A stretch of DNA of 64,000 bases from a virus (Duplodnaviria > Caudoviricetes): positions 64,001-128,000 of the IMG/VR virus record IMGVR_UViG_3300028591_000087; one strand, given 5' to 3'. The translations under genes and the position numbers were made by a program. The notes under the pieces were generated by a model. It did not search any database. It had not been told where the DNA came from and saw only the letters and a list, made by a program, of their open reading frames with translations. Positions within the stretch are counted from its first letter, which is position 1, and every line of letters starts with the position of its first letter. Shown piece after piece: positions 13,801 to 27,047 of this stretch.

Positions 13801-16109
13801 ATTTAGATGTATTACAAATTGCGAATGATGAATTGTATAAACAATATAATGAAGGTAATTTAACTGCGGCCGATTTCGCTGAAGGTCTAAAAGAAATTAA
13901 TGATAAGAGTCTTGAAATGCTTGAGAATTTAATCACAATCAAAAAGTCTATTAAAGAAGCATATGGTAATGCATTAGAAACAGCAAATGACGAACTTGAA
14001 AAGCATACTGCTGTATTAGAACATTCTTATTCTATGATGGAAAAATATATTCAGATACAGCAATTGATTGGTATGGGAACCGATTATACTGGTCTTAAAG
14101 CTATGTACGAGTTCTAGTACAAATCTAGCTTGGCTAGTGTTGAAGCTGCAAAAATTTATTTAGACACTTTAAAGGATGAAGAAGAAGTATTACAAAGACA
14201 AATTAATGCTTATGGTTGGACTGAAGTTTTAAAACAACAATGGGAAGATTTACAAGAACGTATTCGCGATGGTGAAGATGAATTAGCTGAAAAAACAAAT
14301 CAAACATTAACAACTGCACAAAATGCTTTTGCTAATGCGATCAAAGCTGCAATTGAAAAGTTTGATGAATTCGTATTTGGAGTGCGGGGCGGGCTTTCTA
14401 AGTTAGAAGCCGATTACCAGTACTATCAAGAGGAACAAGAAAGATATCTTTCTACTTCTAAAGAGTTATACGAAGTTGCTAAATTAAATAGAGAAATTAA
14501 TGGATCTTTAGATGAAGTAACTAGTCAGCTCACAAAAACTAGATTGCGCGAATTGCAAGAAGAAATTAAATCTCTTTCTGAAAAGAATCGCTTGACTGAA
14601 TATGATGTTCAAATGTTAGAGTTACAATACAAGTATGCTCTTGCTCTTGAAGATCTTGAAGATAAGAAAAATGCTAAGTCTATTGTGCGGTTAACTCGTG
14701 ATGAAAATGGTAATTATGGTTATCAGTATACCGCAGATAGCGAAGAGATTGATAAAGCCGCGCAGCAGGTCGATGATGTATTGCAATAGATCAATGAACT
14801 CGCAGCCAATCGCACTGCCGAAATTGAGCAGGCAGCTATTTCTGCGCAACGTAATTATTATGATAACTTAGAGCAAATTTCTAATGATACTAGCTTAAGT
14901 ATTGAAGAACGTCAAGCCCGCATCGAAGAGTTAACTCAACGTTATGCGGAAACGATGCAATTTAATCAAGAGCAATACAATAACGCTACTAATGCGCTCT
15001 TGACCAATCAAGAATATGTATATAAGCGTTATGGTACAAGTATTATGGAAAATACCGGAATGATTCAAGATCAGATGAATAGTGCAATTACCGCAATGAT
15101 TAATAAGACTAATGATTGGTCAGCTTATTTAAGCACTCAGTTACAGCCTGGTGGAGAAATTTATGAAGCTCTTGAAACTTATAAGCAATAGCTTGATGAA
15201 ACAAATATTTCCGCGGGACTGGGTAATCGTCAACAAGCAGTACAAAACATGACTAATAGTATTGATGATTTGACTGAAGCTAATGAAGCGGCTGATGAAG
15301 CAATTCGTAACATCGCTGATACATTAGATGATACATTAAAGAACATTAATGCGCAAACAATTGCATGGGAAGAATTAACTGGATCCATTCAAGATGCTAT
15401 TGATGCATATGAAAAATTGGCTTAGACTTCCGGCAATAAGATTGGTGAGCTTGGTTAGAATGTAGTTAATACTGGTGTAGGTGGCGAAGAAGTAAAGACT
15501 AAACCAAAGAATGTATATACTTATACCTGGGTTGATGAATATGGTATTATGCATCCTGGTGAATGGTCTTATGATAGTTATAGCTCTGCTATGGAAGGTG
15601 CTGAATAGAATATTAAATCATTCTATTCTTCTTACTTAACTGCTGGCGAGGATGATGCTGAAACAGCTGCCAATAAGGCTACATATGAATCATTAATCAA
15701 TGCAGCTTTAGGTACACGTAGTGCTCCATCTACGCAAGTTGCAACGTTCCTTCATGGCGGTATGATTGATTTTACAGGTCCTGCCTGGGTTGATGGCTCA
15801 ACTAGTTCCCCAGAATCAATCTTAAACGCTGGTGATACAGCAAATATGGTCCGCATGGCTAATTTAATTCATGATATTGATCTTGAAGCATTGAGATTAC
15901 TTTATGAATCAATTAACCAGTCTGCTCTTGGAATGATGTATCCACTTAATGGATTACTTAATAGCCAATCTATTAATCCATTTGCAACTGAATTACAACA
16001 ACATGTTACAATCACTGCTGAGTTCCCTAACGCTACTGACCATAGTGAAATCGAACAGGCATTTGAAGATATTGTTAATCTAGCCGCACAGTATGCGGGA
16101 CGTAAATAA
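4818..16109 (+). CDS. Tape measure protein (~3,763 aa)
   Basis: GTG start after AGGAG. Fourteen track fragments (5187 to 15762) lie in one frame separated by TAG. TP901-type TMP core (IRIVTG, YYQQG, IGTAWNTILSRL, ALAQTIGGTRQYTQ), long coiled-coil, C-terminal HGG..FTGPAWVDG motif; ends in TAA. Confidence 0.9.
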
Positions 16110-16140
16110 GAGGGTGGCTTTGCCACCCTCTTATTTTTAT
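16105..16140 (+). terminator. Rho-independent terminator
   Basis: AATAAGAGGGTGGC-ttt-GCCACCCTCTTATT followed by a T-rich tail. Confidence 0.85.
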
Positions 16141-16163
16141 TTGGGTAATATACATTAATAAAT

Positions 16164-16192
16164 TTGACAAGATTTTTAAAAATTGGTAGAAT
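16164..16192 (+). promoter_or_regulatory. Near-consensus sigma-A/70 promoter
   Basis: TTGACA (16164-16169), 17-nt spacer, TG-G-TAGAAT (16187-16192), just after a terminator and before an AAGGAG RBS. Confidence 0.75.
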
Positions 16193-16214
16193 ATGAGAAA
16201 AAGGAGTGAGTAGT

Positions 16215-19200
16215 TTGTCTAATAGTACCGAGAAATTATTTGATGCTGTAAGTCTTGTTGCTAATAGTATTGTATAGAAATATCAATATGATAAGACTAT
16301 TGAAGCTAAGATTGTTTCTGATGACAAAAAAGATTAGGGCATCTATAAGGTAGAATTTGAAAATGCTATAATGGACGCATATTCAAATGACAGCTACTAC
16401 AAAAATGAGATTGTCTATGTCCATATTCCAAATGGCGATTTTAGTAAATAGAAACATATCGTTGGACGTAAAGTGGATATAGAAAAAGCACCAAACCGCA
16501 CTTTTAATTTAAGGATGCCTTTTGATGATTTTGTTGGGATTGAAAAGTTAACTGAACAAACTCCTTACATATTTGGTAAGAGAGGATATTTAGCTAACTA
16601 TCCTAAACATGGTAATAACTATATATTTGATCAAGATTATTTAGATGCTGTTGCTGAAATAAGCGCTTAGATATCTACGTGTGATCGTCAATTTTATTCT
16701 AATTTAAATGGTTTAAATTATTTATATTTACAATTCTTAGATGAGTTAAATACTGATAATCTATTGAATACATATAATATAAAGTTAGTTGGCGGTTCCC
16801 GTATTAGAAATGTAATTGCGGAAAGTACAAAAACTTTCTATGATGTATTAGTAGAAAGCGTTGAAGCAAAATCTATAGAAAATTTTAGAGATTATTTACA
16901 AAATTATGCCTCATTACAAGGATCAGTAGCTAAAGATATTTCTGCGGAAATTGGTCAAACAGATTATGATGATTTAATTAAATATATTAATTTAGCTTGT
17001 GAAAAAGAAACAGTATTATTATAGACTGCTTATCAAGCAGATCGTGATATTTATGTAAAGCAAGCACAAGAAATAACTGATAATTTCGCTGAAGGCAATT
17101 ATAATTTATTATGGTCTTGGCGCAATACATCATCTACTCCTCTTGTAGAAACTATGTTAGGGATTTCCGCAGATTTCCAAACATTAATTGGATCTTATCG
17201 ACCTATTAGAGGTTTATATGGTTTAAGAATTTTAATTTCTGGTATTTTACGTTAGCCAGAAGAGAATCAGCCTTCTTATCATACAGAAGAAATTATTTGG
17301 AATAATGAAGAGATGTATGGTAATACATATGCATATGCTACACCATATACTCAACAAAAAGTTCTTGATGTATCTAATTTCTTGTCTTTAACCGGTATTG
17401 ATATTTATTTCTATCAAGATGATAGTCATTATGTAAATGACATTGCCGATCATTTCCTTTTGGATAATTTTATGGATGAATAGCATTAGCTTATTCCTTA
17501 TGATGATGATGATCATAGATTATTACCTAAAAATATTTATGTAGATAATTTACAAGTATTTTTAGGTTTAACTACTTCTCAATGTAATACTGATAGAGTT
17601 TTGTTATATACATATGATTCTACTCAATATGGCGAAGATCCATTTAATGAAAATTCAAGAGATCAAGTAGATAAAAGAACTATTCAGATTTCTTGGATTC
17701 ACAAAATGAAAGATGGATCTATGGTGTTAGTAGATCATGCGAAAAAACGAAATGAGCATGATAATGCGGCACTTGAATGCTATGATGCAGAAATTCATTG
17801 GTATCATTATGTGTTTGAAATTCCGCAAGATACTACTATCATAGAGCAACGTCAAGGTGGAGTTAACTGGGAATATCTAGCCTATGAATATGTAGATGAT
17901 GTTAAAGAAGAAACTGTTTGGGTTAATGATGAACCAGAAACAGTAGAAGTTCCATATCACGCATATACTAAGTTTGCTATTGATGTAACTCCAGATATTG
18001 CAAAAGCAAAAGAAAAATGGAAAGTTATTGTTTCTGTTGGTGGAGTTCCTTATATTTCTGAACCGCTTATATTCTACAATTATGACTAGACAGTTGAACA
18101 AGCTGAACTTGAATCTGTTAATGAAGTTGTATTTAGAATTTTACGGGAAACCATTGATGAAAAAACTGGAAAAAAGATGCTTAAAGAAGATAATTCTTTA
18201 GATCAATTTCTTGTTTATGATGAAAATGGTAATTGTTTAAAAAATGATGATAATTTAAAATGGTCTCAAATTTGGTTCTATATACAGGTTTGGATTCGTA
18301 ATAATGAAGATGGCGGATATACTCCAATTGCTTTGTCAATAGATGAAGATAATTGGGATACATATACGACTTCAATTGAGTGGTTATTGCCAGGCATAAA
18401 TAGTATGTTATATAATATACTTGAACCAACCGATCAAGATTTAGCGAACGCTGAACTTGCGCCGACTACTGAGAATATTTCAGAAGGTTTTAGAACAGCT
18501 ATTCGTTTAAGTACACGTAAGTTCTAGATTAGAGATCATTGGAATTTAAGATACACAGATAATACAATCGCGGCACGCATTGTGCGGAATGGACGTTCTT
18601 ATAATATTCAAAAGAAATTTGAATTTGGTCAGTCCGGCACAATGGGTAGTGAATATTCTGTCGCTATTGTGCAAGATCTTCCTGAACGTGATTATATGAT
18701 TCAGGGAGAAGAATTCAGGGTAAGAGCAGTTGTTTATGATAGTAGAGGGAATAGAGTGAACAACTCAAACTTTGTTTTCTCTTGGGAATTGCTCTCACCA
18801 ACTAAGATTACGCCTGGTAAAAATAATCCTTACGAAGAATCTACTGCACAAGAATTATTTGAATAGATTCAGTATGGGTCAGACACTGCGGGCAATCATA
18901 ATAATGTAATTACCGGATTTATTCGTAATGAATATCCTCCAGTATTTAGAGTTACTATTCGTAATGCGGCAGATTATCCTTTAACTCAAACTGTTGGTTT
19001 TAGCTTAGTAAATCAAGTCTATGTAGATTCTTGTGATTTCATAGTTAATTGCCCTAATAAGATTGAATTTAAGAGCGATGGTAAAGTACCAATTACAATT
19101 ACCAGTCCTTTCGAAATTATTCGTATTGCAGATGGTTATACTAAGATTGAGCATTGTGATTGGGGACTTGAACAATATGTTTTAGATGACGACGTATATG

Positions 19201-22200
19201 TTCAAGTACAAGATAGTGATATAAGATGTGTAGGATTGAAACAAACTACATATCAAGATGAATCAATAGTAACAAATAACAACCCAGTTATTTATTGTTA
19301 TGTTATGAATGATGAAATTGATTTTGATTCATCTTTTAGCTTAGAAAATGATGGCATACATACAGTTGCATATTTTTATACGAATGTAAAGAATGCTATT
19401 AACCAAGATTATGCAGATAAGATTAGTGAACTATATGATTAGGATACAGTTGATCTTGACGCAGAATCAGCATTATTAATCACTAAGAATAATCGTATTC
19501 GTGAACTGAATCGTATTGTATAGAATCTTATTCCCCAATATACTGAATATGCTCTTGATCCTTATATTGGATATACACCAGGACGTGACGTCCCTTGGCA
19601 GTGGGATGATTCGCTTGAAGACGATTATTATACAATTTTATATTTTACTAACACAGATAATTTAAATGGTTAGGCTTATTATAAACAAGCCATTCCATTT
19701 ACTCGTAATGTATATAGTTCTTCATTGGTTAATTCTTGGAATGGTTCTTTAACTCTTGATGAACAAAATGGTGCTGTCTTGGCAACAATGATTAGCGCTG
19801 GCGCAAAAGACAGTAAGAATCGTTTTACAGGTGTTATGATGGGTGATTGGGCAGAGAAAGCTGATAACTCATTAGATGTACCTGGATTATATGGATTAAA
19901 ATATGGAGAACAAGTATTTGGATTTAAGACTGATGGTACTGGATTTATAGGTGCTTCTGGTAAGGGACGTATTGAGTTTGATGGTAATAAGTCTTTAATT
20001 AGTAATAATGATAGAACTTGTTACATTAACTTAGATCCAATTATCTACACTCTTGATACAAATAATCAAGTTGCGAGATTAAATAATTATTCTGGTTTTT
20101 CTCAATATTTCTTATATGCGCAAACTAAGAAAACAAGTAATGGAAATTATTTGGGTGAAGATAAATTAGAGGCTTCTACCTCTTGGGCATATGATTTTAT
20201 GTAGGATACAACAAATGATTACTTCATTGTTGATCCTAATAATGGTATTTTAACTACTGGTGGAATAATTGCGCGATATGGTAAGATTGGCAACTGGATG
20301 ATTTCTAATCTTGGTTTATACCAAAAGAAATCAGATGGTTTGACTTATACTGATAATCGTTATATGTATTTAGGCTTTTCCGCACTTACTGATGAAGAGC
20401 AAGCAATTATTGATGCTAAATATGGAACTAAGTATGCGAACCTTGAAAATCGTTATAGTATGATGATTCGAAGCGCGCGATCCAAGTTCCGCATGGAAGA
20501 GTTTAAAGTAATTGGTTAGTATAAGAAAGATATCTTTAATGTTGACCCAATTCATTTCTTTAATTACGCATGGCCAGTATATGACATTATTCAAGCATTG
20601 TAGGATACTCTTGATTGGGTTGATGATAATCCTGAGTATACTACAAATGAACTAATTAATACTTTAAAAGAACGAGTAGGCTATTACATTTATGAGCAAA
20701 CTTATTCTGGTTATCATAGACATTATAGTCATGGTGTAATGGAAAACGGTACACCTTATACTGGTGGTACTAGTGTTTATGGATATTGTATAACTAATTT
20801 GTCTGTTACTAATGATTCATACAGTGGTCAAACATTATAGATAGTTGCTAATACAAATAGACAACCAGAAGGACATCATTTCGCAGTATTTTGGACTTCA
20901 AGCACAAATAATACAAGTTTAATGAGTAGATACAATAACTTCTTTGGTACTCCTGGTTCATAGGGTGCATCTCAAAATCCACCTTATTACACAAGTGCGG
21001 AAGTTACTGCACATCAATGGGCTAATTGCTATACAGAGTATGGCGCAAAGACTGCAACATGTTCACGCTTAAATACTAATTTAGGTGAACAATATAATAA
21101 TGTTGAAGTATATCAAGAGACTCTTGATTGGTTGACAGCTTATTATAATTATCATTTGGAAGCATACCTTGATCAATTGGATATGATGATTGCGGAAGGA
21201 TTAAAAGATCTTACCGCAGAACAACGTGCTATTTATGATGCGGCAAAAGCAGAGAATGAAAGACAATTGCAATTGTATATTAAAAATGTAGTTGATCCTA
21301 TTTATAATTCTTATAAGTCTGCTTTTGATACTGCGAAGAATAAAGATATTCAAGAGTTCTTAGATGCTTCTTATGAAAATAGATATGCAATATTTGCGGG
21401 ATATCAATATGACCATGACCCACTATTTAGTGTAAACTGGCGTGGATATATGACCGCACGTGCGGGTAAAATTGGTGATTCTGCACCTTGGTATATTACA
21501 GATCACGGTCTTACATAGACAAGTGAATATGAACAAAGAGATAATTCAAATTTGCTAATTAGAAAAATTTATAGTACAATATTCTTAGGGAATCCAGATG
21601 CTCCTGCTAATAAAGCTGATTGGACTGACCTTGCAGGTGACACAGATCAATTAACTTTATTGCCAAATCATAATGAGGATGATAGTCCGCTGGTTTGGGG
21701 TGCATCTGATTTACCAAATGCTCCAACAAGAGGACGATTTGCTATTTATGCCGGTGGTCCTGGTTATGAGCGCAATTGGAATCCAAGCACAAATACTTGG
21801 ACCAGAGAATGGGTAAATACTGGAAAAATAAAATTTGGTGTGCGTCCAGATGGTACATTATATTCTACTCAAGGCGAAATTGGTAAATGGAAAATTTCTA
21901 ATATGAGTTTGAGTAGTTATGATGATAATATTATTTTGGACTCAAATAATTCATAGATTGTGCTTGGTATGGGTCGTACCATTTTATATGGTAATGGTAA
22001 GATTAAGTTAATTAATAGTGATGATAATGGCAATACCGCACGAGCTTGTATTGAATTAGCTGATTATCAATTAAGTGCGGATACTACAACTCATAGTGCA
22101 AGTAATTTACAAGTATTATCCGCGATTTCTACTGGCAGTTCTGGTGGTGGTGGAGATGGTAATATTACTAGTTTTGATGTTAATTGGCATTATAGCGGTG

Positions 22201-23435
22201 TTCATAGTGGTTAGTCTTACACTTATACTTGGAACACAGCGACTGCGATAACTGGTGAATCATCATCCACTATTGGAACATTATCAGAGCCAAATATTTT
22301 TTCTATTTGGGAACAAGGCTTGAATAATGCTGGTGTTAATTTAGTTACTGGTAAATTAGATTCAACAATTATTGGTGCAATATTATATCCACATAATGTA
22401 ACAAATGGTTATGCAACTTTAGGTACTCCTGGATCACCATGGAATTTATATGCTAATTCTATTTAGGGTGGCAATGCAAGATTAAATTCATTATATCTAG
22501 ACCAAGATGAATTGTATCTTGGTGGTGAAAAAGCTGCAACTCAAGAATGGGTTATCAATAAGTTAAAAGATTTAGTTGATAATGTATTATCTAATGCAAA
22601 TAGTGATGCTGGTGAAACAGCAGAAAAAGCTTAGAATGGTGTGCACAATGTTTGGAATAAATTAGCAGGTGCTTTTGATGGACCTTATTTTATTCATTCT
22701 TACAGTTTTGGTACTAATATTGGCTCTGGAGAAAAATTAGTATTATGGAGAACTTATAGTACATTTAATTTTGGAGCAATAGCTGATGGTGGAAATACTG
22801 CTAGTATAAATGTAAGAAATACAACATTAGAGAAACAGTCTTTAGGCGGAGAAGTTATAATTAATGGATTTGATGGAGGCGCTTCTGGTAAAGTTGCTGA
22901 TGGTTCATCTGTTTCTTCAACAGACTCCATAAAATCTTCACTTGGTACTTTAATAACAGCGTCAAGTAAAAGTGTAACAAAAATTGATACACTTACAATG
23001 AATGGCAAAAATATAAAATTGCAATTAGGTAATGCAAATGGTACTTGTGGTGATGCTGCTGAATAGTCTCTTAATCATTCACATGATTTTAATTTTGATT
23101 TTAGTGGTGGTGTTGTATCATTAACTATAGGTGATGCAAATTTTAATTCGGCCACGTCGGGACCTAAAACGTTCAACGTGGCCGCGACTCGCTGGTATGA
23201 TGATTAGATTTAGACTGCTAAAGTTGAAGCATCAAATGCAGCATTATCTGGTGTCTATGTTGGCTTTTCTGATGGAAAAGCAATTGCATATTCTGAAGGC
23301 GGATCAGCTTTAGACAGTAAATCATATCCAACGTCAAGTGTATCTGTTTCATTGGTTAAAGGTGATAGTACAATTCCTATTACTAGTGGATACACAATTC
23401 CATCTTCAGCAGTAGGCTATACTATAACATTCTAA
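16215..23435 (+). CDS. Large tail-tip/central fibre protein (~2,406 aa)
   Basis: TTG start after AAGGAG. Twelve same-frame track fragments joined through TAG. Motifs WNGSLTLDEQNG, SAGAKDSKNRFTGVMMGD and repeated GKIGxWxI beta-repeats; ends at TAA 23433-23435. Confidence 0.8.
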
Positions 23436-23460
23436 TATAGAGTAAAAGGAGAATAAAATT

Positions 23461-23847
23461 ATGGAACTTAATTTTAGTAAAATTACAGGTTTAAATGAAG
23501 CTTTAATGGCATTGAAAGATAAACAACTTCCATTTAAGCTCAGTCTTATTATTGCAAAAGATCTTGCTCTTCTTGCAAAAGAGATCGAATTTTATATCGA
23601 ACAAGAGCGTGAATTTGCAAACAAGTATCTTCAGAAAGACCCTGAGACAGGAATGTTTATTCAGGAATCTGAAGGCGTCTTCAAGATTATTGAAGGTAAA
23701 GAAGAAGAGTGCAATGAAGCTCGTAAAACTCTCGATGCATTCACAACTGAGGTAGATCTTCGTACAATTCCAGTAAGTTTGATTGAAAATCTCGAACTTA
23801 CACCAGCACAAGTGGGGGCTTTAGAAATTATTATTGAGGAGGAATAA
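23461..23847 (+). CDS. Small helical tail-associated protein (DUF1617-like)
   Basis: Intact 128-aa ORF with RBS; LPFKLSLIIAK and EREFANKY pattern; family call by resemblance only. Confidence 0.55.
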   Translation: MELNFSKITGLNEALMALKDKQLPFKLSLIIAKDLALLAKEIEFYIEQEREFANKYLQKDPETGMFIQESEGVFKIIEGKEEECNEARKTLDAFTTEVDLRTIPVSLIENLELTPAQVGALEIIIEEE

Positions 23848-23849
23848 TC

Positions 23850-26800
23850 GTGGCTTTATCTCCTACAAAATTGCCACCACCAAGTGTTTCTGGTACTATT
23901 CCTCCATTTTATGAAGATACAATCAAAGGGACTGTCAAATTGACAGTCCCTTTTACGATGAATCGTACCGTAAGCACATTGGAAGTTGGTGGTTTTTAGC
24001 TTCGTATAAAAGATGCTAATACAAATGCCTCATTGGGCAATATAACCACATATAATTGGAATAATGATATTAATAGTCCAGAAGTAGTATTTGATTTAGG
24101 CAATGCAAGTTCTAAGACAAGTATTGCTGGAAAATTAAATGTTGGATATTATTATAAAATATAGATTGCATATATTGATTCTTCAATGCTTCATCACGCA
24201 GGATATTTTTCAACTATTTGTATTGTTAAATTTACAAATAAACCAAAAGTATATCTCGCGCACTTGAATCGCTATATGACTAATACAGATGTAATTGATT
24301 ATACTGGAGTATATAGTAATTCAGATACAAGTGAAAAAGCATATCAATATATGTTTACATTGCGTGATTCTAATGGAACTATTCTTGAAAATTCTGGCTG
24401 GCTAACTCATAACTCTAACACTGACACTGAGCAAGGTCAATCTCAAGACTTATATACTTTAATGCACGCAATTACTCCAGATGATAAATATACTATGCAA
24501 TATAGTGTATTAACAACAAATAAACTTCGTATTGATAGTCCACGCTATCAAATAGTTGGTTCAACATCTATTCTTCCTGAATTAGATGCTTTCTTAATCG
24601 CCGATCCTGATTATGAAAATGGATGTATAAATCTTACACTACAACCCAAATCTATGGGTCGTGATAAAACAACAGGCGAAAAATTAGTTGCTAAATTAAG
24701 TGGATCATTTGTTTTAACAAGATCTTCTTCAGAAGAAAATTTTGCAATTTGGACTCGTTTATATGCGTTTACCCTTACCGGCAGATTGCCGGATGGTGCT
24801 TTATTCACTGATCATACTATTGAACAAGGTCAAACATATAAGTATGCTATTCAATAGTATAATGAACATGGAATATTCTCAAGTCGTATTTATGCTTCAT
24901 ATAGAGAATATGATGAGTTCGGTGATTTAGTACCAAGTGAGAAAACAGAAATAGTTGCTACATTTGAAGATATGTTCTTATATGATGGAGAGAAACAATT
25001 ACGTATTCGCTTTAATCCTAAAGTATCTTCTTTTAAAACAACATTATCTGAAAGTAAGAAAACAACAATAGGAAGTAAATATCCGTTCTTCTTTAGAAAT
25101 GGTATTACACAATTTAAAGAATTTCCAATCTCTGGTTTAATTTCATACATGATCGATGATAATGAATATTTCTTAGATCGAGTTAATGATCTTAATATGC
25201 CAATAGACTGGACAGATATAACTGATATAACAGATGAAAACTTAACATATGAACGTAAGTTTAAGTTAGCTGTATTAGATTGGTTAAATGATGGTTAGAT
25301 TAAACTATTTAGATCACCTGGTGAGGGCAATTATCTTGTGCGGTTAATGAATGTTTAGCTTACACCAAATGATTCACTTTCCCGCATGATCCATACCTTT
25401 CAATGCCAAGCGACAGAAGTAGATGATTGTAACGCATCTAACTTATCTAAATATGGATTCTTAAAAGCTGATCCAACAATACCAATGTAGTTACGTTTTG
25501 GTACTATTGTTTTAGATGAGTTTATTGAAGAGATAATTGAAAAGATTACTCATCAAAGACGCAATAACAGTGATGAATATTATACAGTAGCTGATGCTTT
25601 GGAAATGGTTAAAACTCAAGACCTATTGAATGGTTGGGCATGTCAATATTTAAAAATAGAAGAATGCTGGCCGCATACAGAGTTTGAACTTGATGGCAAT
25701 AATTTTTATATTGGATCTACTGGTCAATATGAAGCGTCATTTACTGATAAGCCATATGGACTTTATTTAAAGAATCCTCGTCGGCACATGCAAGGTATCA
25801 TTACCTATGGTGTACTTACTTCTGTCAATAATCAATTTGATACAGTCGTAAGTTTAACTCAGTCTGATGTATTTCAATTTTTAGATTATCAAGGTGGATC
25901 TAATTTTATTGAAGAGAATACATTCCAGAAATCACGTATTAACAAGATTTACTTTATGCACTTTTATCTTAATGATTTAATTTATGACTTTGAATCTCTT
26001 GAGCATTTTTAGAATATGTATGGCATGTATATGCAGATTTAGCATGAAGAAAACATTGGTGATGAGACAGATCAAAATGGTATATTAATTTGTCATTTAA
26101 GAGGCGTTGAACCAATTTCTGAAGAATATCATTATTTAGATGAATATTATCATAAAGTATATAATGAACAAACTAATACGTTTTATTATGAATATATTCA
26201 ACGTGGCGCGGGAGATCTTTATGTAGATAATACATTAATTCGCATGGCGAATGGTGATATTTATAGATATACTTTAAAGAGTGATTTTGATTATTATGCG
26301 CCTGACCCATTACACGGTGGCGGTTATTATACTAATGCAGAACATTTTGGTATCGCTGGTATTATGACAAAACTTGAAATTGATGAAGAAGGCGTAGCAC
26401 CAAGTCAAGTTATTATTGATAATGATGTAATTGATATTTCACTAACAAAAGATGCTTATCTTCCAATGACTGAAAAAATCCCAGAAGTTGTTCGTTGGGG
26501 TGAAGCAGTTCGTGCGGAAATCTGCTACCAGAGACTTACTATTGATTATGGTCCAGAGTTTAACGAAAAAGTCATTGTTGGTAAATCATATTCAATGAAA
26601 GATCTCTATGATTATATAGATGAATTACATAAATATTATGATGCGTCTATTTTAAGATATGATAGATGGCCTGGTAATATTAATATTATTAACTTAGTTA
26701 GAAACTTAAATAGTGATCCAAATATGACATTCTATGTTTGGAAGCCTTGGGATAGATTCTATCGCTTAGAAGATGAAGAACGTTTATCTTTTACTGGCGA

Positions 26801-27047
26801 AGAAGTATGGATTCCATGCACTGGATGGAAATTTGATGCGAACGATGAGTGGGAATATGCTGATGGAGAAATAATTTCTGGCGCGAGTTATTATGTACCT
26901 ACTAATCCAGTGGTTGATTATAACTCTGTGGAACAGCCAACAGACGGTCCTGGAAATTATTATCCACATGCAATTCGGCAATATGACCAACAATTAATTG
27001 AGAAACTTGCGGAAGAGGAGAGGGAGTTGAACTTAGATGGCAACTGA
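23850..27047 (+). CDS. Tail-tip protein with FnIII/Ig-like and distal-tail-like regions (~1,065 aa)
   Basis: GTG start after GAGGAGG; fragments 24186, 24972, 25599 and 26244 in frame; motifs RFNPKVSSFK, IGSKYPFFFRNG, WLNDGQIKLFRSPGEGNYLVRL; ends in TGA. Confidence 0.75.
23925..23954 (+). terminator. Perfect 13-bp hairpin inside a coding sequence (terminator-like)
   Basis: AAAGGGACTGTCA-aat-TGACAGTCCCTTT-T. Confidence 0.5.

Noticed and set aside
23149-23184. GC-rich 9-bp inverted repeat CGGCCACGT...ACGTGGCCG
   Set aside because: It has an 18-nt loop, no T-tail and lies within coding sequence; could be chance.
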